From: Octopus sinensis
Taxonomy: Eukaryota
DNA: 64,000 nt
Reading direction: 5' to 3'
Assembly (NCBI RefSeq): GCF_006345805.1
Contig: NC_043005.1
Span: forward strand, 85,312,001 to 85,376,000
The notes beneath the pieces are model-generated. The model saw only the letters and a list, made by a program, of their open reading frames with translations, was not told the DNA's origin and made no database searches. The position numbers and the translations under genes were made by a program. Positions within the stretch are counted from its first letter, which is position 1. The number at the start of each line of letters is the position of its first letter. Positions 1 to 12,479 of the stretch are shown here, piece by piece.

Positions 1-765
1 GTATTCACTTTATCCTGCCCCTGGGTATATTGTGGAAAAATGAGAGAGGGAATCTGATGAATATACAGTTCTATACACATAAGCAGATTTCCATATGTAT
101 GTATATATGTATATGTTACTTAGCGGTTCAGCAAAAGAGACCGATAGAATAAGTACTGGGCTTACAAAAGAATAAGTCCCGGGGTCGAGTTGCTCGATTA
201 AAGGCGGTGCTCCAGCATGGCCGCAGCCAAATGACTGAAACAAGTAAAAGAGTAAAGAGTATATATGCACACACGTACACAAGTACACAAGTATAGCTGT
301 GTGGTAAGAAGCTTGCTTCCCAACTACATGGTTCTGGGTTCAGTCCCACAGTGTGGCACCTTGGGCAAGTGTGTGTCTCTGTGCACGTCTCTATGTGTGT
401 GTCTCTGTGCACGTCTCTATGTGTGTGCGTATATACATGTGTTTGTGTGTGTGAGCCGTTTTTGATTGGTCCCAGAGTTTATTGTGGCATGTGTATATGG
501 GTCTGTGTGTGTTTTATATTTGGTAGGATGGTGTGTGTGTATATATGTGTGCATCGGTGGGTACGTGTGTATGTTCCTCTGTTTTGTGTTGGTGGGGATG
601 TTATGTGTGTGTATGTGAGTGTGTATGTGTGTCTCTGTCTGAGTATGTGTTATAATTGTCTTTGACATTCTCTCTCTCTCTCTCACGTGTACATATATAT
701 ATTGAAATATGTTCTTATGAAATGAAAATAATTTTGCTCACATTTCTAACATCTGCTATTTGTTG

Positions 766-819
<54 letters not shown>

Positions 820-949
820 TTACCAGAATCATCAATGTATTGGACAAAATGCTTAGTGACATTTCATCCTTCTTTACATTCTGGGTTTTAACTTGCTGCC
901 TTCCCTGAGATTGCTGGCCTTGTGCCAAAATCTGAAACCATTATTAATA

Positions 950-995
<46 letters not shown>

Positions 996-1680
996 TATCA
1001 TCATCATCATCATCATCATTATTATTGTGATGAGTTGGCAGAACTGTTAGCACTTTGGACAAAATGCTGCCATGGTTGACTTTTCCTTCCATCCTTTCAG
1101 GGTTGATGAATATATATAACAGTTGAGTCCTGGGGTCAATGTAATCGACTAGTGCATCCCCACAAAATTTCAGGCCCAATGCCTATAGTAGAAAGAATTA
1201 TTATTATTAAAGCAGCAGACAGGCAGGATCATGACCATATTGGGCAAAATGCTTGGCAGCATTTCATCCAACTCTCTACGTTCTGAGTTCAAATTCCACT
1301 GAGGTCGACTTTGCCTTTCATTCTTTGAGATTTATTCATTAACAGCATCAGAACCCTGCTTAAAATCAAACTCCACTTCACTCTCACAATACATATGGAA
1401 CCTAATACAGGGGAGAAAAAACATCCTTTCAACTATAGGTGTAAGACCTGAAATTTAGGGGTAGAGGGTTAGGCAATTACATCGACTCCCAGCACTCAAC
1501 CAGTTCTTTATTTTATCAACCCAGAAAGGATGCAAGGCAATGCTGACCTTGCCAAAATTTGAGCTCAGAACATAAAAGAGTGATGAAATGCCGCTAAACA
1601 TTTCTTCCAGTATGCTCTCCAAGACAAATAAATGTTCTTAGAGTAAATTGTCTTTCCAGTCACCAACATGATATATATTA

Positions 1681-1804
1681 CAGTTCTATATTTAAGGGAT
1701 GAGGAATTATGTACATTATTTACATTATTTACATTTGACGGATATTTGTCCTCAACTTGTTTGTTGGTAACCACTACGCCATATGCCCATGGTGTAGTGG
1801 TTAA
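1681..1804 (-). mobile_element. SINE family D, internally deleted, plus an inverted 16-nt head fragment
   Basis: Tail agttctatatttaagggatgagg... joined directly to head taaccactacgccatatgccc, followed by atggtgtagtggtta on the plus strand. Confidence 0.8.
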
Positions 1805-1882
1805 TAGGCACAGAAGTGGCTGTGTGGTAAGTGATGATGATGGCAATCCCTCAAGGTCGAGGATGATGGCCTTCGCGCAAAT

Positions 1883-4800
1883 TTACTGGTGAGTCCGTAG
1901 GTGACCGATAAGACCAATTCTTGCTTGAAAAGATCGGTCGTAGTGCGGACATCTAGTGCCGGAAGGGAGAGTCGCACGTGGTTGTTGTTGGCGCTCCTTC
2001 CGTCGTCGTCTTTTCTCCTCCAGCTCTGCAGACATTTTCGACTCGAATGTCGCCGTTCCCTTATGGATGGTGGTTTTCCAGAGTGGTCTGTTTTTTGCCT
2101 TTTCCTCCCAGTTAGTGAATTCGATGTCACACTTTTTGAGGTTCGTTTTCAGGAAGTCCTTGTAGCGTTTCTTCTGGCCTCCTTTTGTACGCTTGCCGTC
2201 TTTGAGTTGGGAGTAGAAGATCTGTTTGGGAAGTCGTTCGTCAGTCATTCTAACCACGTGGCCGCTCCATCTAAGTTGGCCTTTGATGACATAGGCTTCG
2301 ATGCTGGTCATTTTTGCTTCTTGTAGCACGCTGACGTTAGTTCTTCTGTCTTCCCAGCTGATGTTAAGGATCTTCCGAAGACAGCGTTGGTGAAATTTCT
2401 CGAGCGTTTTCAGGTGGTGACTATACGGGGTCCAGGTTTCGGATGCGTAAAGGAGGGTTGGAATAATGACTGCCCTGTACACCATGAGTTTGGTTTCGGT
2501 TCGGATGTCCCGATCAGCAAAAACTCTTGTTCGAAGCTTGCCGAAAGCTGTCCTGCACACTTCAGACGGTGTTGGATTCATCGCTGAGGTCTACCATTGC
2601 TGACAGATGGCTCCCAAGGTAGCAGAAATGGTTCACATTTTCCAGTGGAATTCCTTCGAGTTGAATCGATGGCGGGTTGTCAACACGGGCTTTGGGAGGA
2701 GGTTGGTAGAGTAAGTGAGTCTTCTTGATGTTGATGCTCAGTCCAAGTTTAGTATATGCATGATGAAACGCATTTAGGATCTGTTGGAGGTGATCCTCTC
2801 TGTAAGCTGCTACACTGTTGTCGTCGGCATATTGGAACTCTAGCAAGCTTCGCGCCATTGTCTTTGATGTACTTTTGAGGCGAGCGAGGTTGAAAAGCTT
2901 GCCGTCCATTCTGTACGAGATCTCGATGCCAGGTGGAAGGTCATCTCGTATGATGTGCAACACTGTCGCGATAAAGATGGTAAAGAGAGTTGGCGCTATC
3001 ACGCAGCCTTGCTTCACTCCGGAGGTGAGTTTAAAGGGCTCAGAACTGCCTCCGTCGGTCTGGACACTGGCGTGCATATTGTCGTGGAGGAGTTTGAGGA
3101 TCCGGATGAACTTTTCTGGGCATCCATACTGGGCGAGAATATACCAGGGGAGCTCTCGCGAGACACGATCAAAGGCTTTGGATAGGTCGATAAAGGCCAA
3201 ATAGAGCGGTTGGTGTTGCTCACGTCATTTTTCTTGTAGCTGTTGCAGCGTGAAGATCATGTCGGTTGTGCTTCGTGATGGCCTAAAGTCGGTCTGCGTC
3301 TCAGGAAGGATCCTCTCTGACAGCGTTTTAAGGCGGTTGTTCAGGATGCGTGCAAGAATCTTCCCAGCAGTTGCTAATAAAGAAATACCCCGGTAATTTC
3401 CACACTCAGAACGATCGCCCTTTCGTTTGTAAATGGTAATGATGTTAGCATCCCTGAAGTCGGATGGTACAACTTCATTTGTCCAGATTTTGACCAAGAG
3501 TTGGTGGAGCTGGTGTTGGACAAAATCACATCCCAGTTTGTAGATCTCAGCTGGGATTCCGTCAGGACCCGCGGCTTTGTTGTTCTTCATCGCTGTGATA
3601 GCAATTTTGACCTCTTCGAGGGATGGAATTCGAGCGAGAGAGTAATCTTTGGCCTCTTTAGGGATCATGTCAAGTATGCTTTTGTCGATGGTAGCTTTGT
3701 GATTGAGGAGGTCATCGAAGTGTTCTCTCCATCTGTCTCCTATTTTGGTATTGCTTTTCAGGATGGTCGCTCCGTCTTTACACTTCAGAGGAGCCTGTCC
3801 ATGTGTGGAAGTTCCGTATATTTCCCTCGTGGCTTTGAAGAACCCTCTGGTGTCGTTTACATCTGCTAGCTGCTGGATTTCACGAGATTTGTGTCTCCAC
3901 CACTGGTTCTTCAGGGTGCGAGTTGTCCTTTGAACTGCGGCTTTGCACTTTTTGAAAGACTCTCATTTAGTGACAGACTTTGAATCATTCTGTGAGCTGA
4001 TGAAAGCTTTCCGTTTTTGGTCGATCAGTTCTTTGAGAGCTTCATCATTGTCGTCGAACCAGTCCCGGTGTTTCCTTTTCTTGCGACCGATGGTTTCTTC
4101 GCAAGCGGTGATGATGGTTTCTTTCAGCAGGTTCTTCGACGAGATGGTTTGGAGTCTTATTTTGAAGATTGACCTGTAGGCGCTGCTGGAAAGCGACACG
4201 AGTTTTTGGGTCTTGCAGTGCTTCGATGTTGAATTTCTTTACTCTGCTTTCCTTGCTGTGATATTTCACTTTTGGTCGGAGTTTGATTTTCATGGTGGAG
4301 GCGATGAGGCGATGATCTGTCCAGCACTCATCTGCTCCAGTGGCGCTCTGGTGAGCAACACATCTTGCTGGTCTCGGGATCTCACGATGATATAGTCGAT
4401 GAGATGCCATTTTTTAGATCTTGGATGCTGCCATGAGACCTTATATCGATTCTTCTGGCGAAAAAGGGTGTTGGTTATCACCAGGTTATGTTCAGCACAT
4501 TTGGTGAGTAGCAGAGTTCCATTGGCATTGACTTTTCCCACTCCTTCCTTTCCGATAGTTCCTGTCCAGAGTTCATAATCTCTCCCAACTCTGGCATTGA
4601 AATCTCCCAGGAGAATGATCTTGTCGTCCTTTGGGACGGTAGAGAGAATGCTATCAAGCTGGCTGTAAAACTCTTCCTTGACTAAATCCTCCGCGTCAAG
4701 GGTGGGAGCATACGCGCTGATGATAGTTGCGTGCTGACTTTTGACAAGCTGGATTCGGAGGGTCATGAGTTGTGCAGACATTCCGATGGGCTGCTTTGTC

Positions 4801-5096
4801 AGTTTGGATAGGATGGTGTTTTGTATTGCAAAACCCACACCATGGATCCGTTGATGGTCGGGATCGTAACCTTTCCAGAAAAAAGGTGTATTGACCGCCT
4901 TCTTCTCTCAGCCGGCCTTCTCCGGCTCTCCGGGTTTCACTGAGAGCTACGATGTCAAAATTGAATCGATGGAGTGCCCGGGCGATGATTCAGTTCGCCT
5001 TTCGGGTCTGTCTGAGTTGGTGTTATCTATGAGAGTCCTGACATTCCAGGTCCCGAATTTCAGCGTTGCGTATCTTGATCTTGATTTTCGACCACA
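1883..5096 (-). pseudogene. RTE single ORF (APE endonuclease + reverse transcriptase + C-terminal C2H2-like motif), broken by several frameshifts and stops
   Basis: FGTWNVRTL (~5057); SAYAPT, ILLGDFNARVG and WHLIDYII (APE); KAAGPDGIP, NYRGISLL, AFIDLSKAFD, GVKQGCV and YADD (RT); CPHYDRSFQARIGLIGHLRTHQ* at the end. Split over ORFs 4290-4838, 4045-4410, 3963-4199, 3225-3668, 2562-3200 and 1883-2581. Confidence 0.95.
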
Positions 5097-5626
5097 TGAT
5101 GGTGATCCCTCTGGACGCGGTTTTCGAGACAGGATTGGGGTGAAGCAGACTATGTTTAGGGCACCTTTTCTAGCCCCTTCCCAATACAGGGTGAGCAGAG
5201 TGGATCCTAAACAAGGTTGCTCAGTCGTGGATACTGCTGCCGAACATCTTCCCTGCTTCTTCCGAAAGATAGAGCGACTGAATCATGTAACCACCGCATC
5301 CGTGCCGGTTCTGCACTAGGAGCCTCCAGCCTTCACGAGCCAGCTCCCGTCATCCATCGCCGATCGCCGAAAGACTTGGAAAGAATAAGAAAGAGTGGTG
5401 GCGAAGACGCCTGTGCGTGAAATTTTTTTTTTAACGTGTGCTTGAGGTCGCACGCCCAGCAAAGCACACGTAAACTTGACAGACCACCAACTTGACCCAA
5501 TGGCAAGGTAAACCGAGACGATTGGAGTCGATGGTCTGCTGCAGCCTTCGTCCGCCTTCACAGCCGTTGAGTTGTTAAGGCAACTTCATCCGCCTGTTCC
5601 ACCGTTGGGGACTTGATGACTGTCAG

Positions 5627-5715
5627 AGCTCCAATTGCCGCTAGCACAGCTGGCTTGCTGTGCTCGCGTTGCCCAATCTGCACCCCGTGGAGGAGGGGTT
5701 GAACTTTTGCAGACT
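5627..5715 (-). ncRNA. Candidate HDV-like self-cleaving ribozyme at the RTE 5' end
   Basis: Manual fold: P1 AGUCUGC/GCAGAUU; P3 ACCCC/GGGGU; L3 UCCUCCAC; GGGCAA; P4 CGC(G)AGCACAGC/GCUGUGCU(A)GCG; G then putative catalytic C at 5637; P2 AGUUCA/UGGA(G)CU. P3 (5 bp) and J4/2 (CAAU) are non-canonical. Confidence 0.7.
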
Positions 5716-5716
5716 G

Positions 5717-5860
5717 TGTGTGGTAAGTAGCTTACTTACCAACCACATGATCCTGGGTTCAGTCGCACTGCATGGCACCTTCCGCAAGTGTCTTCTACAA
5801 TAGCTTCGGGCCGATGAAATCCTGGTGAGTGGATTTGGTAGTCGGAAACTGAAAGAGGCC
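5717..5860 (+). mobile_element. SINE family A head, right half; left half at 1806-1832, split by the RTE
   Basis: Joining 1806-1832 with 5729-5860 rebuilds ggcacagaagtggctgtgtggtaagtagcttacttaccaaccacatg..., matching the intact head at 58460. Confidence 0.9.
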
Positions 5861-6368
5861 CATCATTATCATCATCATCGTTTAACGTCCGCTTTCCATG
5901 CTAGCATGGGTTGGACGATTTTGACTGAGGTCTGGCGAACCAGATGGCTGCACCAGGCTCCAAACTGATCTGGCAGAGTTTCTACAGCTGGATGCCCTTC
6001 CTAACTTCAACCACTCCGAGAGTGTAGTGGGTGCTTTTACATGTCACTGGCACAAGGGCCAGTCAGGCGGTACTGGCAATGGCCACACTCAAATGGTGTT
6101 TTTTTACATGCCACCTGCACAGGGGCCAGTCCAGCAGCACTTGCAACAACTTTGTTCAAATGTTTTTCACATGCCAGTAAGGCAACACAGGTAACGATCA
6201 TGCTCGAATGGTGCTTTTTACGTGCCACCAGCACAGAAGCCAGTCAGCTGCTCTGGCAACGATCATGCTTGGGTGGTGCTCTTAGTACTCCACTAGCACG
6301 GATGCCAGTCATCGAATTTGATTTCAATTTCACTTGCCTCAACAGGTCTTCACAAGCAAGCAGAGTTT
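5861..6368 (-). mobile_element. 3' UTR of a second RTE lineage (family C), 5'-truncated
   Basis: (CAT)n tail, ggatgcccttcctaac motif and internal tandem repeats; homologous to the copy at 32482-33090 that still has RT C-terminal sequence. Confidence 0.8.
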
Positions 6369-6842
6369 AGTATATATATATATATATATATATATATTCT
6401 ACCAAATTTATACGTTTTTATTATTATTTTGCAATTTACTTAATCATTGGTATATTATTGTTATTTCATTTTTAATATTTCTATTATATGTAATTTTCTA
6501 GATGGTGTAATTTAATTGTTCATTTTGAATTGATAAAAGTCTTTTTTTCTAATTTTTATATATACTATATATTGTGAAATTTGATTTAGTATTTCTAAAT
6601 TTAATTTTCCCTGTAAGTGAGGAATAATATCCCCTCAAATAATTATTATTTATATATATATATATATATATATGATAGTGTTGATTACGAAGAAGGGAGT
6701 GGAGATTTTATTCACCCCTGAAAACTTTATTTAAAAGTTTTCTACAGTTTTGATTGCAGCAAATGTATCTAAACCAATTTCAGATGTGATATGCTATCCA
6801 CCACGTTAAATTATCCCTTTTTATACTCTCTCACACTCTCTC

Positions 6843-7226
6843 TCTGTGGTAAGTAGCTTGTTTACCAGCCACATGGTTCCGGATTCAGTCCCACTGCGTG
6901 ACACCTTGGCCAAGTGTCATCTACTATAGCCTCGGGCCGACCAAAGCCATGTGAGTGGATTTGGTAGACGGAAACTGAAAGAAGCCTGTCGTATATATGT
7001 ATATATATATGTGTGTGTGTGTTGTGTGTCTGTGTTTGTCTCCCTAGCATTGCTTGACAACCGATGCTGGTGTGTTTATGTCCCCGTTACTTAGCGGTTC
7101 AGCAAAAGAGACCGATAGAATAAGTACTGGGCTTACAAAAAGAATAAGTCCCGCGGTCAAGTTGCTCGATTAAAGGAAGTGCTCCAGCATGGCCGCAGTC
7201 AAATGACTGAAACAAGTGAAAGAGTA
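6843..7226 (+). mobile_element. SINE family A (tRNA head, CORE-like accttgggcaagt segment, internal TA/TG microsatellite)
   Basis: A-box/B-box-like head; tail ...gactgaaacaagtgaaagag; many near-identical copies in the window. Confidence 0.85.
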
Positions 7227-7349
7227 ATACACACATACATATATAATCATCATTTAATGTTTGTTTTTCATGCTGGCATGGGTTGGATGGTTTGACTGTG
7301 AACTGGCAAGCCAGGGGGCTGCACCATATATATATATATATATATATAT

Positions 7350-7635
7350 CTCCAAACGTGATCAATGTCAGGCCACCTGACTTGCTCCTGCACTGGTGGC
7401 ATGTAAAATGCATTATCTGAATGTGGCCGATGCCAGTACTCCCTGACTGGGTCCCGTGCCGGCAGCATGTAAAAACACTCACTACACTCTTGGCATTAGA
7501 AAGGGCATCCAGCTGTAGAAACCTTGCCAGATCAGATTGGAGCCTGGTGCAGCCTTCTGGTTTGCCAGCCCTCAGTCAAACCATCCAACCCATGTCAGTA
7601 TGGAAAGTGGACGTTAAACGATGATGATGATGATA
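7350..7635 (+). mobile_element. Family C RTE 3' end
   Basis: ggacgttaaacgatgatgatgat tail; homology to the other family C copies. Confidence 0.8.
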
Positions 7636-7640
7636 ATATA

Positions 7641-7711
<71 letters not shown>

Positions 7712-8559
7712 GTGAGAAAGAGAGACAGACAGAGAAAGAGAGAGAACATGTATAGATTGACAGATGAAGCCAGCAAATGGAAGAACTTCGAAGTCACAAT
7801 TAACCAGTTTCTTATAAAAAAAAAAATGCTAATTTCCTGCAGTGAGTTATCCTTTAATTAGTCTTTTACTGCTTTCACATTAATTTTTCCTTATAAATAG
7901 ACATTAAAACAATATACACACAAACACATATGCATATACATATATACATATATATATGTATATATATATATATATATCCACCCACACACACACATGTACT
8001 TATATGTATACATATACATGTAGACACATACACATATACACGTGTTGCAATGTTAGAGAACAATAGGACCTCACTAATTATGAGTTCCACAGAAAGTCGT
8101 TGGACTCGTTAAATAAATCATATGAGTTCATTTGTATCTGTTTTTGGTTTGTTTTATGCTTGTTTATGTTCATTTTTTTATGCTTTTGTTTTTGTTTAAT
8201 TACATTCAATATTTGCACAGGTGTTTTTTTTTTCGTTTTTTTATATATTTCATTTTTAATTTCTGATTGCAGGATTGGCAGTAAGAGGTAACAACAACAC
8301 AACAACAACAACTTCAGATCTAATGTGGAACAAAAGGAAAAGAAGGTAAAAAAAGGTAAATGAAGAGAAATAAAAAAAGAAAATAATAATATAAAGAATG
8401 AAGGCAATAAACTGCAAAGAGAGTATTAGCCATGGCTGTATGAGCAACAATTGTCAAGAAGACCAACAAGAACAAGAACAACAACAACAACAGCAGGAAG
8501 TAGACCAGCCACATCATCACTATAACCTTAATCAAATAACAAACGATGACGACAACAAC

Positions 8560-9000
8560 AATAACAATTACAACAGTAGCAGCAGCAGCAGCAGTAGTGG
8601 CAGCAGCTGAAGCAGTACTAGCAGCAGCAGCATCAGTAGCAGCAGCATCAGTGGCATTAGTAGCAGTAGCAGTAGCAACATCAGTAGCAGCAGTAGTAGC
8701 AGTAGCAGTAGCAGTAGCAGCAGCAGTATCAGTAGCAGCAGTAGTAACAGTAGCAGTAGCAGTAGCAGCATCAGTAGCAGCAGTAGTAACAGTAGCAGTA
8801 GCAGTAGCAGCATCAGTAGCAGCAGTAGTAACAGTAGCAGTAGCAGTAGCAGCATCAGTAGCAGCAGTAGCAGCAGTAGTAGCAGCAGTAGCATCAGCAT
8901 CAGTAGCAGCAGCAGCAGCAGTAGCATCAGTAGCAGCAGCAGTAGTAGCAGCAGTAGTAGCAGCAGCATCAGTAAGAGCAGCATCAGTAGCAGCAGCAGT
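8560..9000. repeat. (AGC/AGT)n compound trinucleotide repeat
   Basis: Direct inspection. Confidence 0.95.
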
Positions 9001-9316
9001 AGGTGGAGGGATAATTGGATGTGGAATGGGGAGCCAATTAGGGTTTGTTTGTTAGATAAGTTAGTCTGCTAGAAATAGCAGTTATGGTTCCTCCTATATT
9101 GCAATCTGATGTTCTTGAGAATATAGGGAGGGAGCACATTGGATGATGTAGTCACTGATAGACTAGGCCTGGAAAAGGAAACCGAGAAATAGGTGAAGAC
9201 TCTTTGGTTGCGGATGGATTAATTTGTTTTGGTCAAGGATGGCTTAGGGGTGGGAGCAGCAGCAGCAACAAGAACAATAACGACAGCAGCAATAGTAAGA
9301 CAGCAGCAGCAACAAG

Positions 9317-9720
9317 TGGAGGCGCAATGGCCCATTGGTTAGGACAGCAGATTCGCGGTTTCAATTCCCAGACCGGGCGTTGTGTGTGTTTATTGAGCGA
9401 AAACACCTAAAGCTCCACGAGGCTCCGGCAGGGGGTGGTGGCGACCCCTGTTTTACTCCTTCGCCCCCAACTTTCTCTCGCTCTTTCTTCCTGTTTCTTG
9501 TCCTCCCCGACTTCCGACGCAACCGCTGAGCTTGGATGCGCATTCATCCATCCGTCGATGCTCTCGGTGTCGGGGGTTGACCTGCTTTCTCTTCTGTGGG
9601 TCTTACAAATATCAAAGGACCACGATTCGGACTTCTCCCACTACAGAGGCGCGATCTTGCGAGCTCTGGGACGAAGACCGCTTCGCTCAACAGCAACAGC
9701 AGCAGCAACAACAACTGGGT
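9317..9720 (+). mobile_element. tRNA-headed SINE family F, GC-rich, with (CAA/CAG)n tail
   Basis: tggcccattggttagg A box and gtttcaattccc B box; ends gaagaccgcttcgctcaacagcaacagc. Confidence 0.6.
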
Positions 9721-9899
9721 GACAACAACAGCAGCAATAGTATGATAGACATCATCATCATCTTCATCTCTGAATATTGACATAATTAAAACAGCAGCAA
9801 CTATCACAACCACAACAACAATAGCAACAACAATAATAATTTCATTTATTTGCCACAAGGGTGAAGAATAATGGGAACAATACAGAGACCAACGAGGCT

Positions 9900-10630
9900 T
9901 TAAATTTGGGGGAAGAGAATAAGTTGATTACATCGACCCCAGTGTGTAACTGGTACTTATTTAATTAACCGCGAAAGGATGAAAGGCAAAGTCGACTTCA
10001 GCAGAATTTGAACTCGTATCATAGTGATGGGCTAAATACAGCTGAGCATTTCGTCCAGCGTGCTAACAATTCTTTTCTAATCTAGGTGCAAGCCCAAAAT
10101 GTTGGGGGAGGGGGCCAGTCGATTAGATCTGGTACAATTTATTAACTTTGAAAGGATGAAAGGCAAAATCGACCTCAGTGGAATTTGAACCCAGAACGTA
10201 AAGACAGACAAAATACCTATTTCTTTACTACCCACAAGGGGCTAAACACAGAGAGGACAAACATGGACAGACACACGGATTAAGTCGATTATATCAACTC
10301 CAGTGCCTAACTGGTACTTATTTAATCAACCCCGAAAGGATGAAAGGCGAAGTTGACCTCGGCGGAATTTGAACCCAGAACGTAACAGCAGAACAAATAC
10401 CTATTTCTTTACTACCCACAAGGGGCTAAACACAGAGGGGACAAACAAGGACAGACAAACGGATTAAGTCGATTATATCAACCCCAGTGCTTAACTGGTA
10501 CTTATTTAATCGACCCCGAAAGGATGAAAGGCAAAGTCGACCTTGGCGGAATTTGAACTCAGAACGTAACGATAGACGAAATACCGCTCGGCATTTCGCC
10601 CGGCGCGCTAACGATTGTGCCAACTCACCG
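9900..10630 (-). mobile_element. Cluster of SINE family B copies, nested or head-to-tail
   Basis: Repeated gagttcaaattccgccgaggtcgactttgcctttcatcctttcggggtcga body; aaatacc junctions at 10211, 10395 and 10579. Confidence 0.85.
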
Positions 10631-10854
10631 TCTTTCCTGCCAATAATAATTGAAAAACCAATTTTAAAACAGTAATGTTAATTACTGCATGGTAAGAAGC
10701 TTGCTTCCCAAGCACATGGTTCTGGGTTCATTCCCACTTCATGGCACCTTGGACAAGCATCTTACACAAAAACAAAATCAAACATTACGATACATCTTGT
10801 GCACATTTTCAACAGTTTAGTTCCTGACACAAACACTGATTAACATACTATTTA

Positions 10855-11260
10855 TATGTTGTAGTAGTAGTAATAGCAGCAGCAGCAATACTAGTAATAG
10901 TAGCAACAGTATTGGTGTAGGTACAATATTAGTTATAGTGGTGGTGCTGGTTGTGATATGAATTTTGTAGAGATAGTGATGGTGGTGATGGCAATGGCTA
11001 GTATACTAGTAATGGTGGTAGTAGTAGTAGTAATGGTGGTAGTAGTAATAGTAGTAGTGGTGGTAGCAGTAATGGTGGTGGTAATAGTAGTAGTAGTAAT
11101 AGTAATGGCGATAGTAGTAATTGTAGTGGTAGTAGTAGTAGTGGTTGTGCTATTACACGTGATGGTGGTGGTAGTGTTGGAAGTAGTGGTGGTAGTATAA
11201 ATGAGGAGAGGTGTGTCGTTGAGTGAAAGGGCAGAGTACGGTTGTGGTGTGGTGGTGGTA
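10855..11260. repeat. (GTA/GTG)n compound repeat
   Basis: Direct inspection. Confidence 0.9.
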
Positions 11261-11424
11261 GTGTGAAGTCGATGTTGGTGTTTTAAATACACGGCGGGAG
11301 AGAAGTGTTTTAGTGAGGTGATGGTTGTGGTGGTGGTCGCGGCGGAGTGGATGTGAACCAATGCTTAGAGAACCTGACAATCAGGTAATAGATGATTTTA
11401 GTATCAATGTAGGATCATGTAAGG

Positions 11425-12000
11425 GTGGGGTGGGGGGAGCTGGCAGAATCGTTAGCACGCCGGGCGAAGTGCTTAGCGGTATTTCGTCTGCCGTTACGTT
11501 CTGAGTTCAAATTTTGCCGCGGTCAACATTCATACTGGGTTCGATCTAATCAACTGGCCCCCTCCCCGAAAATATTGGGCCTTGTGCCTAAAGTAGAAAA
11601 GAATGTAAGGTCATGCTAAGGCAGGGGGAGCTGGCAGAAGCATTAGTACGCCGGGCGAAATGCTTAGCGGTATTTCGCCTGCTGCTACGTTCTGAGTTCA
11701 AATTCCGCTGAGGTCGACTTTGCCTTTTATCCTTTTTGGGGTCAATTAATTAAGTACCAATTGCGTACTGGGTACAATCTAATCAACTGGCTCCCTCCCC
11801 CAGAAACCTTTGCACACCAGGCGAAATGCTTAGTGACACTTTGTCCGTCTTAGTGTTCTGAGTTCGAATTTTACCAAGGGCGATTTTGCCATAAATCCTT
11901 CTGGAGTCGGTAAAATAAGTACCAGTGGATCACTGGAAGTTGATGTCATCTATTTAGCCCCTCCCTCCAAATTGCTGGCCTTGTGCCAAAAATTGAAACC
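11425..12000 (+). mobile_element. Cluster of about 3-4 SINE family B copies
   Basis: Repeated gagctggcagaa..gttagcacgccgggcgaaatgcttagcggtattt head and B-box segment. Confidence 0.8.
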
Positions 12001-12479
12001 AATGCAGAATCACATCATTCATGCTTTACACAGACACGCATATACCTATACATCCCAAAACACTTTTTTTAGTATCGTTCTGAGTAGTCTTGCCTCTACA
12101 GTTTGAAAGTCTAATTGTCTATGATTTATTTGCGTTGTTGTTGCACATATTGTTATAGATCATAATCATCATCTTTACCACCACCACCACCACCACCACC
12201 ACCTTCACCGCCTCCACCACCATCATTAGTAGCATTATTGTTATATTACCAGCCTTATGTTTGTTCAATATTTTTTCCTCTCTTCTATTTACCTTTGCAA
12301 ACCAGAAATAATCTCATTTAATACAAGCATCTTTACTTACTGCCAATGTTGTTGTTGTTACTGATTTTGTTTTTTGAATAATTATTTTTGTTATTGTTGT
12401 AGCCCGTTATACTACTTTAAATTAAGCACTTTCATTTTGGTCGTTGAAATGTTTACAGCTATGTAAACAAATGCACTCA

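Larger units (their letters stand above)
1833..5716 (-). mobile_element. Full-length RTE-clade (BovB-like) LINE, inactivated
   Basis: APE and RT fragments on the minus strand; short 3' UTR with stem-loop and (CAT)n tail at 1833-1843; 12-bp TSD tgtgtggtaagt at 1821-1832 and 5717-5728. Confidence 0.95.

Noticed and set aside
4891-5319. 142-aa plus-strand ORF, and other antisense ORFs over the RTE
   Set aside because: Antisense shadows of the RTE coding region and GC-rich UTR
8398-8610. 70-aa Q/N/S-rich ORF
   Set aside because: Composed of trinucleotide repeats
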